Assembly: GCA_903813345.2 (NCBI GenBank)
Contig: CAIIXF020000001.1
Coordinates: forward strand, 31,930,001-31,994,000
Direction: 5' to 3'
DNA length: 64,000 nucleotides
Origin: Owenia fusiformis
Taxonomy: Eukaryota
The stretch's first letter is position 1. Each line of letters opens with the position of its first letter. The notes under the pieces are model-generated. The model ran no database searches and had not been told where the DNA came from. It saw nothing but the letters and a program-made list of their open reading frames with translations. Positions 53,001 through 64,000 of the stretch are shown one piece after another. The position numbers were made by a program, and so were the translations under genes.

Positions 53001-56000
53001 TGACCACCACGCTAGTAGTCCTGATGTAAACCCCAGTGAGTATAGGGTATGGAACAGTCTCCAGGAGATAGTATAAAGGCACCCAACCTCAAAAATTACT
53101 CAACTAAAGCTGGCAATTAAGACAGGTTGAAAGAAACTTAGTCAACATTTCATTGATACTGCTATATCAGCATGGTGACTAAGACTTAAGGCTATCATCA
53201 GAGAGGGTCAAATACAATCCAAGTTGAAGGACTTATTACATTATTTTATTACTTAGGACCCCTTTTTGGCCCACCCTGTATAGTAGACAGTATAGTAGAG
53301 TAGATAGAGAATTTATATCACTCTAATTATTATTTAATAAAAACAGAAAATGTACCTGCTAAATAGTCTTTGTAATGTTCTCTATCACCAAGATTCATAG
53401 ACCCTTGTCTTTTGTGTCTGATTCTCTTGACTGTATTGGTTCAAAATCACTAGAAGAGTATATATCTGGTTCAGTTGGCTCCTGGTTTGCAAGGTGTATA
53501 TCTAATTCAGTTCGATGTGATTTTGCTGCTTTCTTCATTGCAGTAATATATGTATCAGGTTCAGTCGACTCCATTGGTGCATTGTTGCTTGGAGAATCTC
53601 CATATGTAGTAGTTTGCTTGGATAGCACCTTACTGTGTACAGCTTCAGCTGCTAGGAATATAAGATAATATGATATTATATAATATAATATACATACAAA
53701 TACATGCATAGATAATTCACCTAACAACTGCTTCAATCTCATGTGCAAATTAAGAAACCTATATAATACAGTAGAGCTTAACCTTACCTTAAATCATAAC
53801 TTACCAACAGTCTGAGGTCTTGAACTATTGGCCTTATTGGCTTGATTTTCATTGAGAGCTTTTTCAAAAGGTAAGAGTCTCTCTTTGGATAGTTTTCCAT
53901 ATATTGCTGTTGTTGGAGCCATTTCAATTTGATTTGTTACTCTTGCCACACACTCATTATTATCAGAATATTTTCTAGGGTGTTCAGTAGGACATTGTTC
54001 TGGAGCACGTTGTCTTGAAGGTGGTTGTCGAGGAGCAGGGATTCTTAATTGTACTGGAAAGTTGTCTTTATGAACATTGTCTGAGGATAGGTTGTGCAGG
54101 ACCAAGCTTTCCAAGTCATCTTTGAACATTGTTCTAACTTGTCCAGCAGCAATTTGTCCAAGGGAAATATCTTCAAGGGATTGAAGCGAAGAGAGTTGTT
54201 TTGGAGGTTTCCCAGAATCAGTGTCCTCACATTTTTTGAATTGTCTTGGACCACTGAGATCAAAAGGATCAAGTTTAGGGGTGATTTGTTCAGGATCGAG
54301 GTGTCCAGAAATAAGTTGTCCGCGACCAATCTGATCAGGAGCATGTTCACTGAGTGGAGAAATCTCTTCAGGAGAGGAAAGTGTTCTTGGAGGAAGTTGT
54401 CCAGGACCAATTAGTTCAATGGCAGGTTCTACAAGAGTTGTAAGCTCTCCAAGAAGGTCAGATTGTTCGGGAGCAATCCTTACATGAGGAAGTTCTCCAG
54501 GAGGATCAAGTTGTCTTTGAGAATGTTCTCCAGGAGCAAGTTTTCCAGATGGAAGTTCTCTATAGGGATCAGTTTGTCCAATAACAAGTTCTTCGGGAGA
54601 AAGCTGTCTTGGATAAAGTTCTTCAAGTTGTCTTGTAGCCTGTCTGGAAGGCTTTCTTGGGACCAATTTTCCAAATTCCACATGACTTTTTGATATGTCG
54701 GATGGTTTATACTGTAGGGAGATAATTTCAGTAAACTGGATATAATGGGATTTTGGAAGTCCTTCACGTTTCAGAGTTTCACACATTCTTATCATTTCAG
54801 CATGTCCACTTGCTCCTTTTATTGTATCAAGCCTGCTCAACTTGCTCTCCTCAGTAGCAATTGAAAGGCGGAGACCTTCTTCATCTTCTTCTGTGAAAGA
54901 ATAGTTCTTTTGATGCTTAGCAATACATTCAATTATTGAATTGAATGCTTTTTCGATTGCTTTTTCCACTTTGAGCCTGTCTGCAAGTACATTTTTAAAT
55001 AAATCTTTTTCCTCTCTCAAGTTATCAGCCTTTTTTCTAAGCATCTTAACACATGCTTCAGTTTCATTCCTTAGTTCTTTTTCATGCAGTTCAGCAGCTT
55101 TTGCAATATCTATGAAAGTATGTCCAGGGTGATCTTTGGCTAAGCATTCGTAACACAAAATGCTATTGTCTGTTTTACAAAACACTTTCAATTGCCCATC
55201 AGGGTGTTTCTCACACATGTCTGACTTGGGTTTAGAGCCTTCATTGCGTTTCTTTTTGATACTCAGTATTCTTTTCATAAGTAAGTTTGTTTTGAGTCCA
55301 TCTGGCCCCTCGATTGGTACTTCCCATTTTTCACGACACAATGGACATGGAATGTGTCTACTCTCTGTATTACATTCCACTAAGCCCTTTATGCACTTAA
55401 AGCAGAAAGTGTGTTGGCATGGTAATACCTTAGGATTGGTAATGTCATCCAAACAAAGTTCGCACACAAGGCACTTATTAATTTCTGCAGTCATGGATGG
55501 AAATGCCTGTTCCATTGCCTCTTAATTCTGAATTCTAATCCTTGATACTGTTAATTTGCTACTCTCTGTTAAAGTGTTTAAATTGCTTGCTATTTTGTAA
55601 TTTTGATTCGTTAAAATACCAACTAGTAATCACTTGTACTACTTAAAAGTTAAAAAGTCTTAAGCAAGAAAGAGCCATAAAGTATAACCTGAGTGAGGTT
55701 AAATATCACTTGCTACCTAGTTTCACTGACTTGTTATATATGTCCTTGAGCCTTGAAATCTTGAAATTAACCCTCATAAATTTTACTGACATTGATTTCT
55801 ATGGATTATTTACATTACTTTGAATTATTTCTAGTTAAGCACCTGACACGCCAATCATATATTTTAGTTTATTGGTACAGTTCATTATTGAGTGGATTGT
55901 GTTATGTCAAGTCTTATTCAAGTAACCTAAAATTAAAAGGACACTAGGTATAAAATATATGTATACTTTATATAATGTTTAATATGATGTTTCAGCTGCA

Positions 56001-59000
56001 GCAGTTGTGCCCCCTCCTACAGCAGCCCCCTTAGACCCAGCACAGGTACTAATTTCAATATTTCCTGCACTACTGAATGAATAAATAACTCAAAAATTGT
56101 TTTGTTCAAAGAAAATGTACAGTTGCAGATGCATTGGGATTACACAGGTTGTGCTGTCATGTATGAGCAATGCAGACATTGCTTTCTGTGTGTCATAACT
56201 ACAATATAGTAGCCGAGACAACACAAGTCCCAAGTCTGTATATTTACTCCCATTTCTTCACTTTTAAGAGTTAAGTCACCATATTTTGCATGCACATTCC
56301 TTGGAGAAATCCTAACATAGAATTTCATTGGTTTTGATTATAATTTATTTGTCAAAAATAGGGAAACATTTAATTTTGATTGGTCTATAACCAAAATTTG
56401 CCATTTTGTAACAAATGCAACATTTTGACGAAATGAATAAAAGTCTCTACTTTTGGTGTAATAACTCCAAAATGACCAAATGTTTTCTTATTCAGCACAA
56501 ATGTATCTGTTTTGGGTAGTTGAGACATTTTCGAGAAAAATGGTATGCAGAAACATGATATTTTCAATAAAACGGGGTCAAAAACGGCCCATGAAGATGC
56601 CTGCATTATTTTAGATTTTGACATGTTTCAATGGCCTGAAAATGGATGGGGTAGGGAGTGGCATACCTTTTGAGCTTATTCCAGTTACCATTTTAATCAA
56701 ATGAATGATGACATATTTGGTATCATCTTAAGGCTTGTAATGTGTTCTTCAATTTGGTACAAATATTATGACATCAAATTTTATATTATGACATCACCGT
56801 GGTACTAAAACGACCTTAAATGAAAAAAAAGCACCAAAATGCAGCAAAATAATGGTGCAACTCCAAAAGTCTTTTGACAATTCACTACTTGCCACAATCA
56901 CTGAATGCATTTCTCATTGAGGTACACTTCCAATGCACGATCTGATGACTGGTAAAAATAACAAGTGATATTTATTGTCAATAAGATTGGAGACACCATA
57001 TTGTATCTGTCATTTATAATACTTGGAGTTTTTTTAATAACGTCAAAATGTTGCATTTGTTGCACAAAATGGAAAATTAGGATTATAGACCAATAAAAAT
57101 CAAATGTTTCCCTATATTTAACAAATCAATTATAATCAAAGCCAATGAAATACTATGTTAGGATTTCTCCAAGAAATGTGCATGCAAAATGTGGTGACTT
57201 AACTCTGAAAAGTGAAGAAATCAGAGTAAATATACAGACTTGGGACTTGTGTTGTCTCGGCTACTATATTTGAAAGACCATCAATGTCTTTGTGATAACG
57301 CCCTATGAGAATATTAATGTCCTAACTCACATTTCTGTTAAACTGAGAAATCAATTTTTGAATGTTTAGGCATCTGTAACTTCAGTACTATCTATCTATC
57401 ATTTTTGAAATTTTTACATTAAAACTAAAAATTCATGAATTTTAAGATTTTCAAAGCCAATTTATTGAAAATGGAGATAGGACAATTCAATTCTGAGTTC
57501 TCGTAACATCGAACGATTAAAGCTATGGCCATTTTACTATGTTTTTTCTATTCGTTTTTTTTTTAAATAAATTCAAATCTCAGTTTAAAATTGTAATATA
57601 ATAATTCTTAGTCACATGGTGTAATTCAAACAATTTGATTGGTTAAACCGATAGAACATAGCATAGAACAAAGTATGGAGAATTTGACACTGAAAGCAGG
57701 CTATTGAGAGGAGATAATTGAGAGGTAAGGGAATATCACAGTTAGAAAGAGGATGATTTAAATAGTGGAAATCTGTGAAAATCTCAATTTTTTCAAAAAT
57801 GGCACTAGGGACATTATAATTCTCATATGACGATAAGTAAAATTAAGATGTGATATTTTGTTTATAGATCAACTTAAACCAACCTCCCCCTGGCTTTCCA
57901 CCTGGATTCACCTCTCAGCCACCCCCAGACTTCAGTCAGCCCCCACCAGGGTTTCCCCCAGGAGGCTTTGCTGCAGGTAGTGTAATAGATTTACAAGCAT
58001 TTAACATGTTAATCACTGTATCAAATATTAATGATTTTGAAGTGTTGGTTTTTGTATATTTGTAAGTGAAGTAAATGTTGTGTTTAAATATTACAGAAAT
58101 ATATATTTCAAATTACAATAATCACCCTTCAAAGATTTGTATTCAATACAACAGTATATGGAAGTATTCTCATTGACACATTATTTACAGTCACACTATC
58201 AGTTTTTAAAATCCTGAAACAATGTTAGCAATAAATCTGCATTGCAATAGTATGTCGTCATTACTCTGCTATTTAGCATTCTTCTTTTTATTTTTTGATT
58301 TTTTATCTCACCATCGGTGGGATATAGTGATATATTGTGACCGTCCCGCTTTTTGTCATAGCGATTATGACTTATTTTAAAGCTACTAAATGTGCATTTA
58401 ATGTATATTTCTATTGCAGGTGGGGCAACTATAGACTATAACCATGGTCAAGGTGGGCCTCCCATGGGGCTACCAGATCTCAGTAAACCTCCCCCTGGCT
58501 TCAATCCCTCTCTTCCCCCACCCAGTTTCCCCCTGGTGGATACTGAGGCTGATCTCATGCCAACTGCACCCTACTTTGACCTCCCTGCTGGCCTCATGGC
58601 TCCACTTGTCAAAGTAAGTGCATTTCCACAGGGACACTCCGTCACACTGAATGTCTAGCAATTGTATAACATTTACACACACTTATAATTGTATATTTTC
58701 TAGGAACATATGAATCAAAATTGGTATAAGTTTTTATCTAAGCTACTGCTGGCTGCAGTTGAAATGTATTAATTTTAAGTATCTCTGAGTTTGGATTATA
58801 TTATCAATAATTTGGTAACAGCTCCCCCCAACTTGTCTGATTCAACCTTAGATTTAAATCTGTAGCATAAATTCATAGTTTAGTTTATTTATGACTAAGT
58901 TATGAATTCATGAGTGATTATCCCATCGAACGAAGTTTGGAGGGATATAGGGAACGCCTCCGTCCGTCCGTCTGGGCAATAACTCAAATACCGTTGGCCC

Positions 59001-62000
59001 GATTTTGTTCATATTTTGTACACATGGGGGTAGAAGTTCTGCTCAAAAGCAGATTTTCAAAATGGCCGTTTATTAAAAAATGGCGGCCATTTTAGTGCCG
59101 ATTTTACAGTATTCAGGTGCAATATGTAAAACTGTAATAGCAATATGTTTTAAATGTAAAAAAATTATATAGGTCATTAATAAAGCTAGAAATGTAGATA
59201 TTAAAGAAGCACATGACACAGAAGCACAGGTGAAAAATGGTGGCCTTTACTTGTTATTTTATGATTTTTGCTGTAACTTGAAAAGTAGTGGAGCAATTTT
59301 GTTCATATTTGATATGTGAATACTATAAGCATGGCACACTGTCTAATGACACTTTTGGTAGAAGGCGGCCATTTTGAAAAATGGCCACCATTTTAACGTA
59401 TTTTACTGTAACTCGAAAAGTAGTGGTGCGATTTTGTTCATATTTGGTATGTGAATACTATAAGCATGGCACACTGTCTAATGACACTTTTGGTAGAAGG
59501 TGGCCATTTTGAGAAATGGCCGCCATTTTTGCTATATACTTTGTTTGTAAAAATGCCAGCCATGGCGGTTCGATGGGATTTGCTACTCTTTGGCGTTGCT
59601 GTTGTCTATTTTAATGATGAAACAATACGTTTATAGCTTGAAGATTGTGATTACAAACCCCTAGATCCTAAAGACATCAGGTTACCTCCCCCTATGCCCC
59701 CTAGTGAGCGACTCCTGGCTGCAGTGGAGGCCTTCTACAGTGCACCAGACCATGATAACCCTAGAGATGGGTATGTACATGAGATTAAGCTCCAATGAAT
59801 TTATAAAAGTTAAACTATATACCCCCTAAGACATGTCCCCATCTCTCAAAAAATACTTAAAATGAGGTTCATGCAACCTGGAAACATTCTAGAATTTGTG
59901 ATTTAATTTTACCACACTTTTAACACTTCTATACAATCTTTCAATGGTCACTATGAATTCCATGAGAAACACTTCCACTTCCCTTCTTAATAAAAAATGA
60001 GCATTTTCACCATTTTTCCACACTAAAAGTTTACTTTCGGTTTATTATGTCAGCACCACAAGTGATGACAAATAATGTTATAATCTCCAAGTTTTTGTGG
60101 ACAGTGTTCGGCATTTGGCATTCGCCAGACAGCATCTGTAACAAATGGCAGGCGGCTACATTTGGCATGTTAATGCCTTATTGTAATTTTGATGAGAATG
60201 TGCATCTTAGTAAGGCTTTTACACTTTTGAGCCTCAGTCTACATGCATATAGGTTGTGAAGGTTTAACAGCCATCTTTGAATACACTTTCGTGCTTATTT
60301 GAAAAAGATCATAGAGAAGGTCTTAAAGAGACTCGATAAAATTAGATTAAAATAAAATTAAAATCGCAGATGAAGAAACATTATCAAAGCACAGTTACTC
60401 ATATAAGAACCTCTATTTAGCATGTGTTTCGACCGTCCTCTCACACCTATCCGAGTCAAACTTTGGTTGAACCTATTTATAGCCCCCGAGTACGGACACC
60501 TGCGCACTCTATATAAATTCGCACACACATTAAAGCCAGAAATGTATTTTGCAATCATTCTGTATCGATCTGTGTTCCTCAAGTGTTTAAAGGAACCTTG
60601 TGTGTCTAGACATTTTGTTCAAAAGTGTACATGACTGTATACAGACATTGTACTTGGTAATTGTAAAATCTGATTAGAATTGAATCATGAATTTGGAATT
60701 TTTATGTTTGTTACTCTAGGGAAGGATGGGAGAAATTAGGTCTCTATGAATTCTTTAAAGCAAAAAAGAGATCAAAAGAATTGAAAGAGAAAGAAAGACA
60801 GAATGACAAAGTCAAATCTTCAACAAGAAGGTCTAGGTCAAGGTCTAGGTCAGATTCTCGGTCAACCTCAAGGTCATCTTCAAGGTCACCTCCACCTCAA
60901 AGGAGACGTTATGGAAGTGATAAAAGGTATATTGATATTTTTCTTTTACATGTATTTGTAATATATATTGATTATTTAATGTTAATTGAACGTACATGTG
61001 CGCATAAAACATTTCAGAGAATTCTATATAATTATTTGAATGTATGTAGAAAGGTAGTTGGTGCTAATGGTACATTACTTTTTGTGAAGGTTTTAGCATC
61101 CATTCAACTGATATTGTAATCTGAAAACTGTTGAATCAATATTACATATCATGTGGTGTTTTCAGGTCAAGATCACCCAGTCCACCTTCTTTTGGTAAAA
61201 GTCAAAGGTCACCATCACCTAGGAGAGGAAGATCGATGTCACCATCACCTAGGAGAGGAAGGTCAAGGTCACTGTCACCTAGAAGGAGAAGGTCAAGGTC
61301 ACCTCCATCTAGAAGAGGGAGGTCTCGCACTAGGTCAAGAACAAGGAGCCCAACTCCTCCACAGTTCTTGTAAGTTCAAATACATTCAATGCTGGCAATT
61401 ACTGGCTCTTATACACTGTTGCAATATATTTGAAAATATAGCAACTAAACATTGATGAATAACCAAATATTAAGCTTCAATATAATGGTGCCATTAAGAA
61501 GTCTAAAAAATTTACACATCATCAATTTAATGGTCATCTTTTGACTTTTGAATGAAAACAATATACATGTAATTTGAAAAAAAATATAAACTTTTCCCTA
61601 TATTGTTTTAGAAAACACATCAGACACTTCTTTTGTTCTTGGTATCATATGTTCGGAATGAAATGAAACATCTTTCCAAATCCATTGGAGCAAAACTACA
61701 TAAACACAACATATTTAGGTCTCTCAATATTGTAATTGTACAAAGGAAATTTTGGTTGATTTCAAAAGATTCAAAAGAGTATCTTGTTAATGAAATGAAA
61801 GGTTTATCTGAATTTTTCTCTATTTTGGCGGGTTTTGTTTTAATTTTTTAATACTTTTTCTCATATCAACCAAAATTTCCTTTGTATAGCTATAATATTG
61901 AGAGGTCTAAGAAAATGTTGTATAATTATGCTATTTTGTTCCAACAAGGTTCGAAAAGACATTTTATTTCATTCTCAAGAATTGGTAGAAAGGAACAAAA

Positions 62001-63427
62001 ACAATTGCACTAAAAACAAAATATGTTAACAAAAACAGTTATATATAATATATATAAATAATTTTCGCGTTAAATTGTTGTCAATCAGTCAACATTACAT
62101 ATAGGACCGTGTTTTTTTACAGAATGTTTTCAATAATTAAAGAGATAAACATTGTTGAATTCAGTTCACCATATCAATACCTATCCTTTATTTTATTTGA
62201 GTCATACTGAAATGTATATGAGTAGAAATTAATTTGTAAGCACTAAATTGTAAAAGTATACATAAACACAATGAACTTTAATTCCATAAATTAATGATTA
62301 CATGTTAATGTGTAATGTGTAATATGTATTTACTGCATTGTAGCAATGAGCCATTCTATGCGCACAGTTCTGACTCTAGACTGGGACAGGAAAATAAGGG
62401 ACATATGTTGCTCAAGAAAATGGGTATGTGTTGGTTTAGCAGAAAACATGCTATCTGAAAATATTGAATAATATCGAACATTTGTTTTGGGTCTCAATAC
62501 ATACATGTATAAGGACCAATAATGCTTATTTAATGTCAGTCTAAGAAGTCTCATTATTGTATTAATCTTATGACAGGAATGCTCAATTCATCTTCATAAC
62601 TTAAGCTTTCATCAAAATGTCACAAACTCATTTGGACAATTTTCAATAATTTTCCTCTGTTCACATGTCAAAAAGTAATGCTTCGAAAAGAAAATATATG
62701 ACAATAATAAAATTCTTTGTCTGATTATAGGTTGGGGAGGAGCAGGTCTTGGGAAAGCAGAGCAGGGCATAGTTGACCCAATTAAAGAGGCAGAGGTTAG
62801 ACAGAACATGGATAAATTTAAGGGAGTTGGCATGAACATGACAGACCCCTTTGAACAGTTTAGGAAAAATAAAAGTGCTGGATTTATACAGAGAATGAAA
62901 GCAAGAGCAGGACCAGGTAGGAACTAAGCCAAGGGGGGACATGTCTAGGGTATCTCTATTAAGCATACACAAGCGGTATGTGTTCTTAAAAGAACATGGA
63001 GTTAGAGTATTATATCTACATGCAGTTTGCTTGCTCGGATCATAGTGTAAATTGACAGGATTTATAGAGGCTCTTGCGAATTATAGTGTAAATTGACAGG
63101 ATTTCAGAGGCTTTTGCAGATTATAGTGTAAATTGACAAGATTTTTAGAAGGATTATAGTGTAAATTGACAGGATTTGATTTTTATAGGCTCTTGTCTCA
63201 TTTTGCTGGAAAATCTCTCTCTAACACTATACTTTGCATTATTTGATTAGAATAACTTAAGAATTTGATTGTAATCATTCACATATTGTATTTTCTTCCT
63301 ATAAATTACATGTCAGTGATACTATTACATATGCAAGTAATATTCATCTTCAGTTAAGAAAATAAATCAATATAAAATATGTTTTGCAGATGACAAGAAA
63401 AAGAAGAGGGCAGAAAAAGATGACTAG
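41063..63427 (+). CDS. CHERP: Calcium homeostasis endoplasmic reticulum protein (SURP, CID, Pro-rich, RS and G-patch domains; U2-associated splicing factor), ~783 aa
   Basis: Exons: 41063-41087, 43752-43922 (SURP: IIDKLANFVARNGAEFE), 44300-44400, 44693-44875, 45170-45307, 45492-45568, 47279-47353 (CID: KLHLIYLMNDVLHH), 49052-49163, 49492-49581, 51463-51640, 55996-56045, 57868-57976, 58420-58613 (PYFDLPAGLMAPLVK), 59637-59770, 60720-60926, 61166-61369 (RS), 62344-62423, 62731-62916 (G-patch), 63390-63427. All GT-AG and phases consistent (2352 nt). Confidence 0.95.
41275..41617. mobile_element. PIF/Harbinger-like MITE in CHERP intron 1
   Basis: Termini CAGGGGCCGTGAATTCGTACG / CGTACAAATTTACCGCCCCTG with internal repeats of gaattcgtac and ggataaatttatc. 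Confidence 0.55.
43515..43557 (-). repeat. HINE-type family A 5'-end fragment
   Basis: Reverse complement AACAAGGCATCAACATGACAAAATG...TGTCACCACC. Confidence 0.45.
45585..47099. mobile_element. TA-flanked TIR element in CHERP intron 6 (host of a nested hAT MITE)
   Basis: ta|CTTTAGTAGGAACCAAGGGTTCCCAT ... ATGGGAACCCTCGCTTCCTACTAAAG|ta; internal inverted and duplicated blocks at ~45735-45820, 46657-46750 and 46790-46885. Confidence 0.75.
45934..46503. mobile_element. hAT-family MITE nested in the 45585-47099 element
   Basis: 8-bp TSD TGGTATCT on both sides; TIR TAGAGCTGGCATC / GATGCCAGCTCTA. Confidence 0.85.
49620..51111. mobile_element. hAT-like non-autonomous element with apparent 6-bp TSD
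   Basis: TAAATA|CAGTGCTTTCAGTA ... TACTGAAAGCCCTG|TAAATA. Confidence 0.65.
49880..50053 (+). pseudogene. 3'-end fragment of a non-LTR retrotransposon (CR1/L2-like) ORF2
   Basis: PKVRTNYGRAMVSFTAPIIWNELTDEMKSSDSILIMKKELKKYLL matches the typical C-terminal motif RTxxGxxxFxxxxxxxWNxLPxxxxxxxSxxxFKxxLK. Confidence 0.65.
52805..53278 (+). mobile_element. Tc1/mariner deletion derivative
   Basis: ta|CAGGATGGGCCAAAAA ... TTTTTGGCCCACCCTG|ta; internal remnant SPDVNPSEYRVW (SPDLNPIE motif) at ~53017-53052. Confidence 0.8.
53395..55515 (-). CDS. TRIM-like E3 ubiquitin ligase (RING C3HC4, B-box2, coiled coil, Pro/Gln pentapeptide-repeat tail), nested antisense in CHERP intron 10
   Basis: RING CELC..PCQHTFCFKC..CPLCR; B-box CEKH..FCKTD..CYECLAKDHPGH. 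Exon 55515-53805 (G|GTAAGT, phase 1) joins 53651-53395 (ttcctag acceptor) in frame for 655 aa; unspliced the ORF is 573 aa. Confidence 0.88.
56205..57268. mobile_element. Long-TIR (~230 bp) non-autonomous DNA element in CHERP intron 11
   Basis: TATAGTAGCCGAGACAACACAAGTCCCAAGTCTGTATATT... and its reverse complement ending at 57268. Confidence 0.8.
58915..59605 (-). mobile_element. Helentron-like (HINE) element, family B, with (CCGT)n and ~120-bp internal tandem repeats
   Basis: Terminal hairpin atcccatcgaac..ggagggat, ccgtccgtccgtct microsatellite, subterminal IR gttcgatgggat; duplicated block 59270-59390 / 59400-59530; related end at ~7697-7740. Confidence 0.65.
61600..62025. repeat. Degenerate foldback/MITE in CHERP intron 16
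   Basis: tctcaatattgtaattgtacaaaggaaattttggttgat versus atcaaccaaaatttcctttgtatagctataatattgaga, with weaker complementarity extending outward. Confidence 0.55.
63042..63195 (+). repeat. Minisatellite, ~4 copies of a 34-41-bp unit
   Basis: tatagtgtaaattgacaggatt..agaggctcttgc repeated in tandem. Confidence 0.8.
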
Positions 63428-64000
63428 CACAACATACAAATACCCGGTCATGATTGTATATGGACTTTGAATTCAGGCTATAATCATGTCGAGATTGTAC
63501 ACAAATCCACAAAATCGAATGCCATCTTAGATCTACATACTGGAAAAGCATGTATTTTTGTATACAGTCAACAAAACAAAGAAATACAATTCAGTAATAC
63601 AATAAATATATTCAGTATCTGTTTAATATATAAATGTAAATATTTCTGGTTGGTAGAAACCATTGGTTGGTAACACAATTAAAACATAATAAAAAACAGA
63701 AACTTAAGTAGTAAATTATATAATGGCAGATACAGCTGAGTTACAACTTTCTGTTCTGCTGGATAACATGTTGCTTCACTAAAACTCCCAAACACATTGT
63801 GATGATGAACCTGGCTTTTAGAATATATTTGAGTTTCTACAAAAAGATTCAATATCAATTTGACTATTATTGGTAATATTAATGCAATGTAGAAAGATTT
63901 CGAAATGTTACCAAATATAACCAACCCAATACAAGATTTCTTTTTTAAAAAGAGTTAGTAAGATTTTAGAATTTGAATTTTTCACTATCCATTGTAAAAT

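Noticed and set aside
54045..55525. Several overlapping alternative-frame and antisense ORFs
   Set aside because: Shadows of the TRIM coding sequence
61153..61455. His/Gly-rich 100-aa ORF
   Set aside because: Alternative frame of the CHERP RS-domain exon
63042..63195. Regularly spaced direct repeats reminiscent of a CRISPR array
   Set aside because: Eukaryotic intron; the spacers are similar to each other; no cas genes; it is a minisatellite

Overview
AT-rich, intron-containing animal (invertebrate, probably a marine bilaterian) genomic DNA; not prokaryotic. Genes were reconstructed by hand from GT-AG sites and reading-frame phase. (1) First two exons of a secreted/type-I protein resembling a divergent Delta/Serrate ligand N-terminus (minus strand, runs off the left edge). 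(2) An uncharacterised ~330-aa multi-exon gene (+, ~10.7-14.0 kb). (3) A MAP kinase-interacting kinase MKNK/Mnk (-, 19.1-30.0 kb, candidate first exon at ~39.6 kb). (4) CHERP (+, 19 coding exons, 41.1-63.4 kb), head-to-head with MKNK. (5) A RING/B-box TRIM-like gene nested antisense in CHERP intron 10. Introns are full of non-autonomous DNA transposons (hAT, Tc1, Helentron-like, and a CAC-ended foldback with 5-bp TSD). The most striking observation is two frame-preserving exons in the MKNK N-terminal intron that encode three JIP1-type (RPxxLxL) JNK-docking motifs; one motif is duplicated with only synonymous differences, suggesting a splice-switchable JNK-coupled Mnk isoform.
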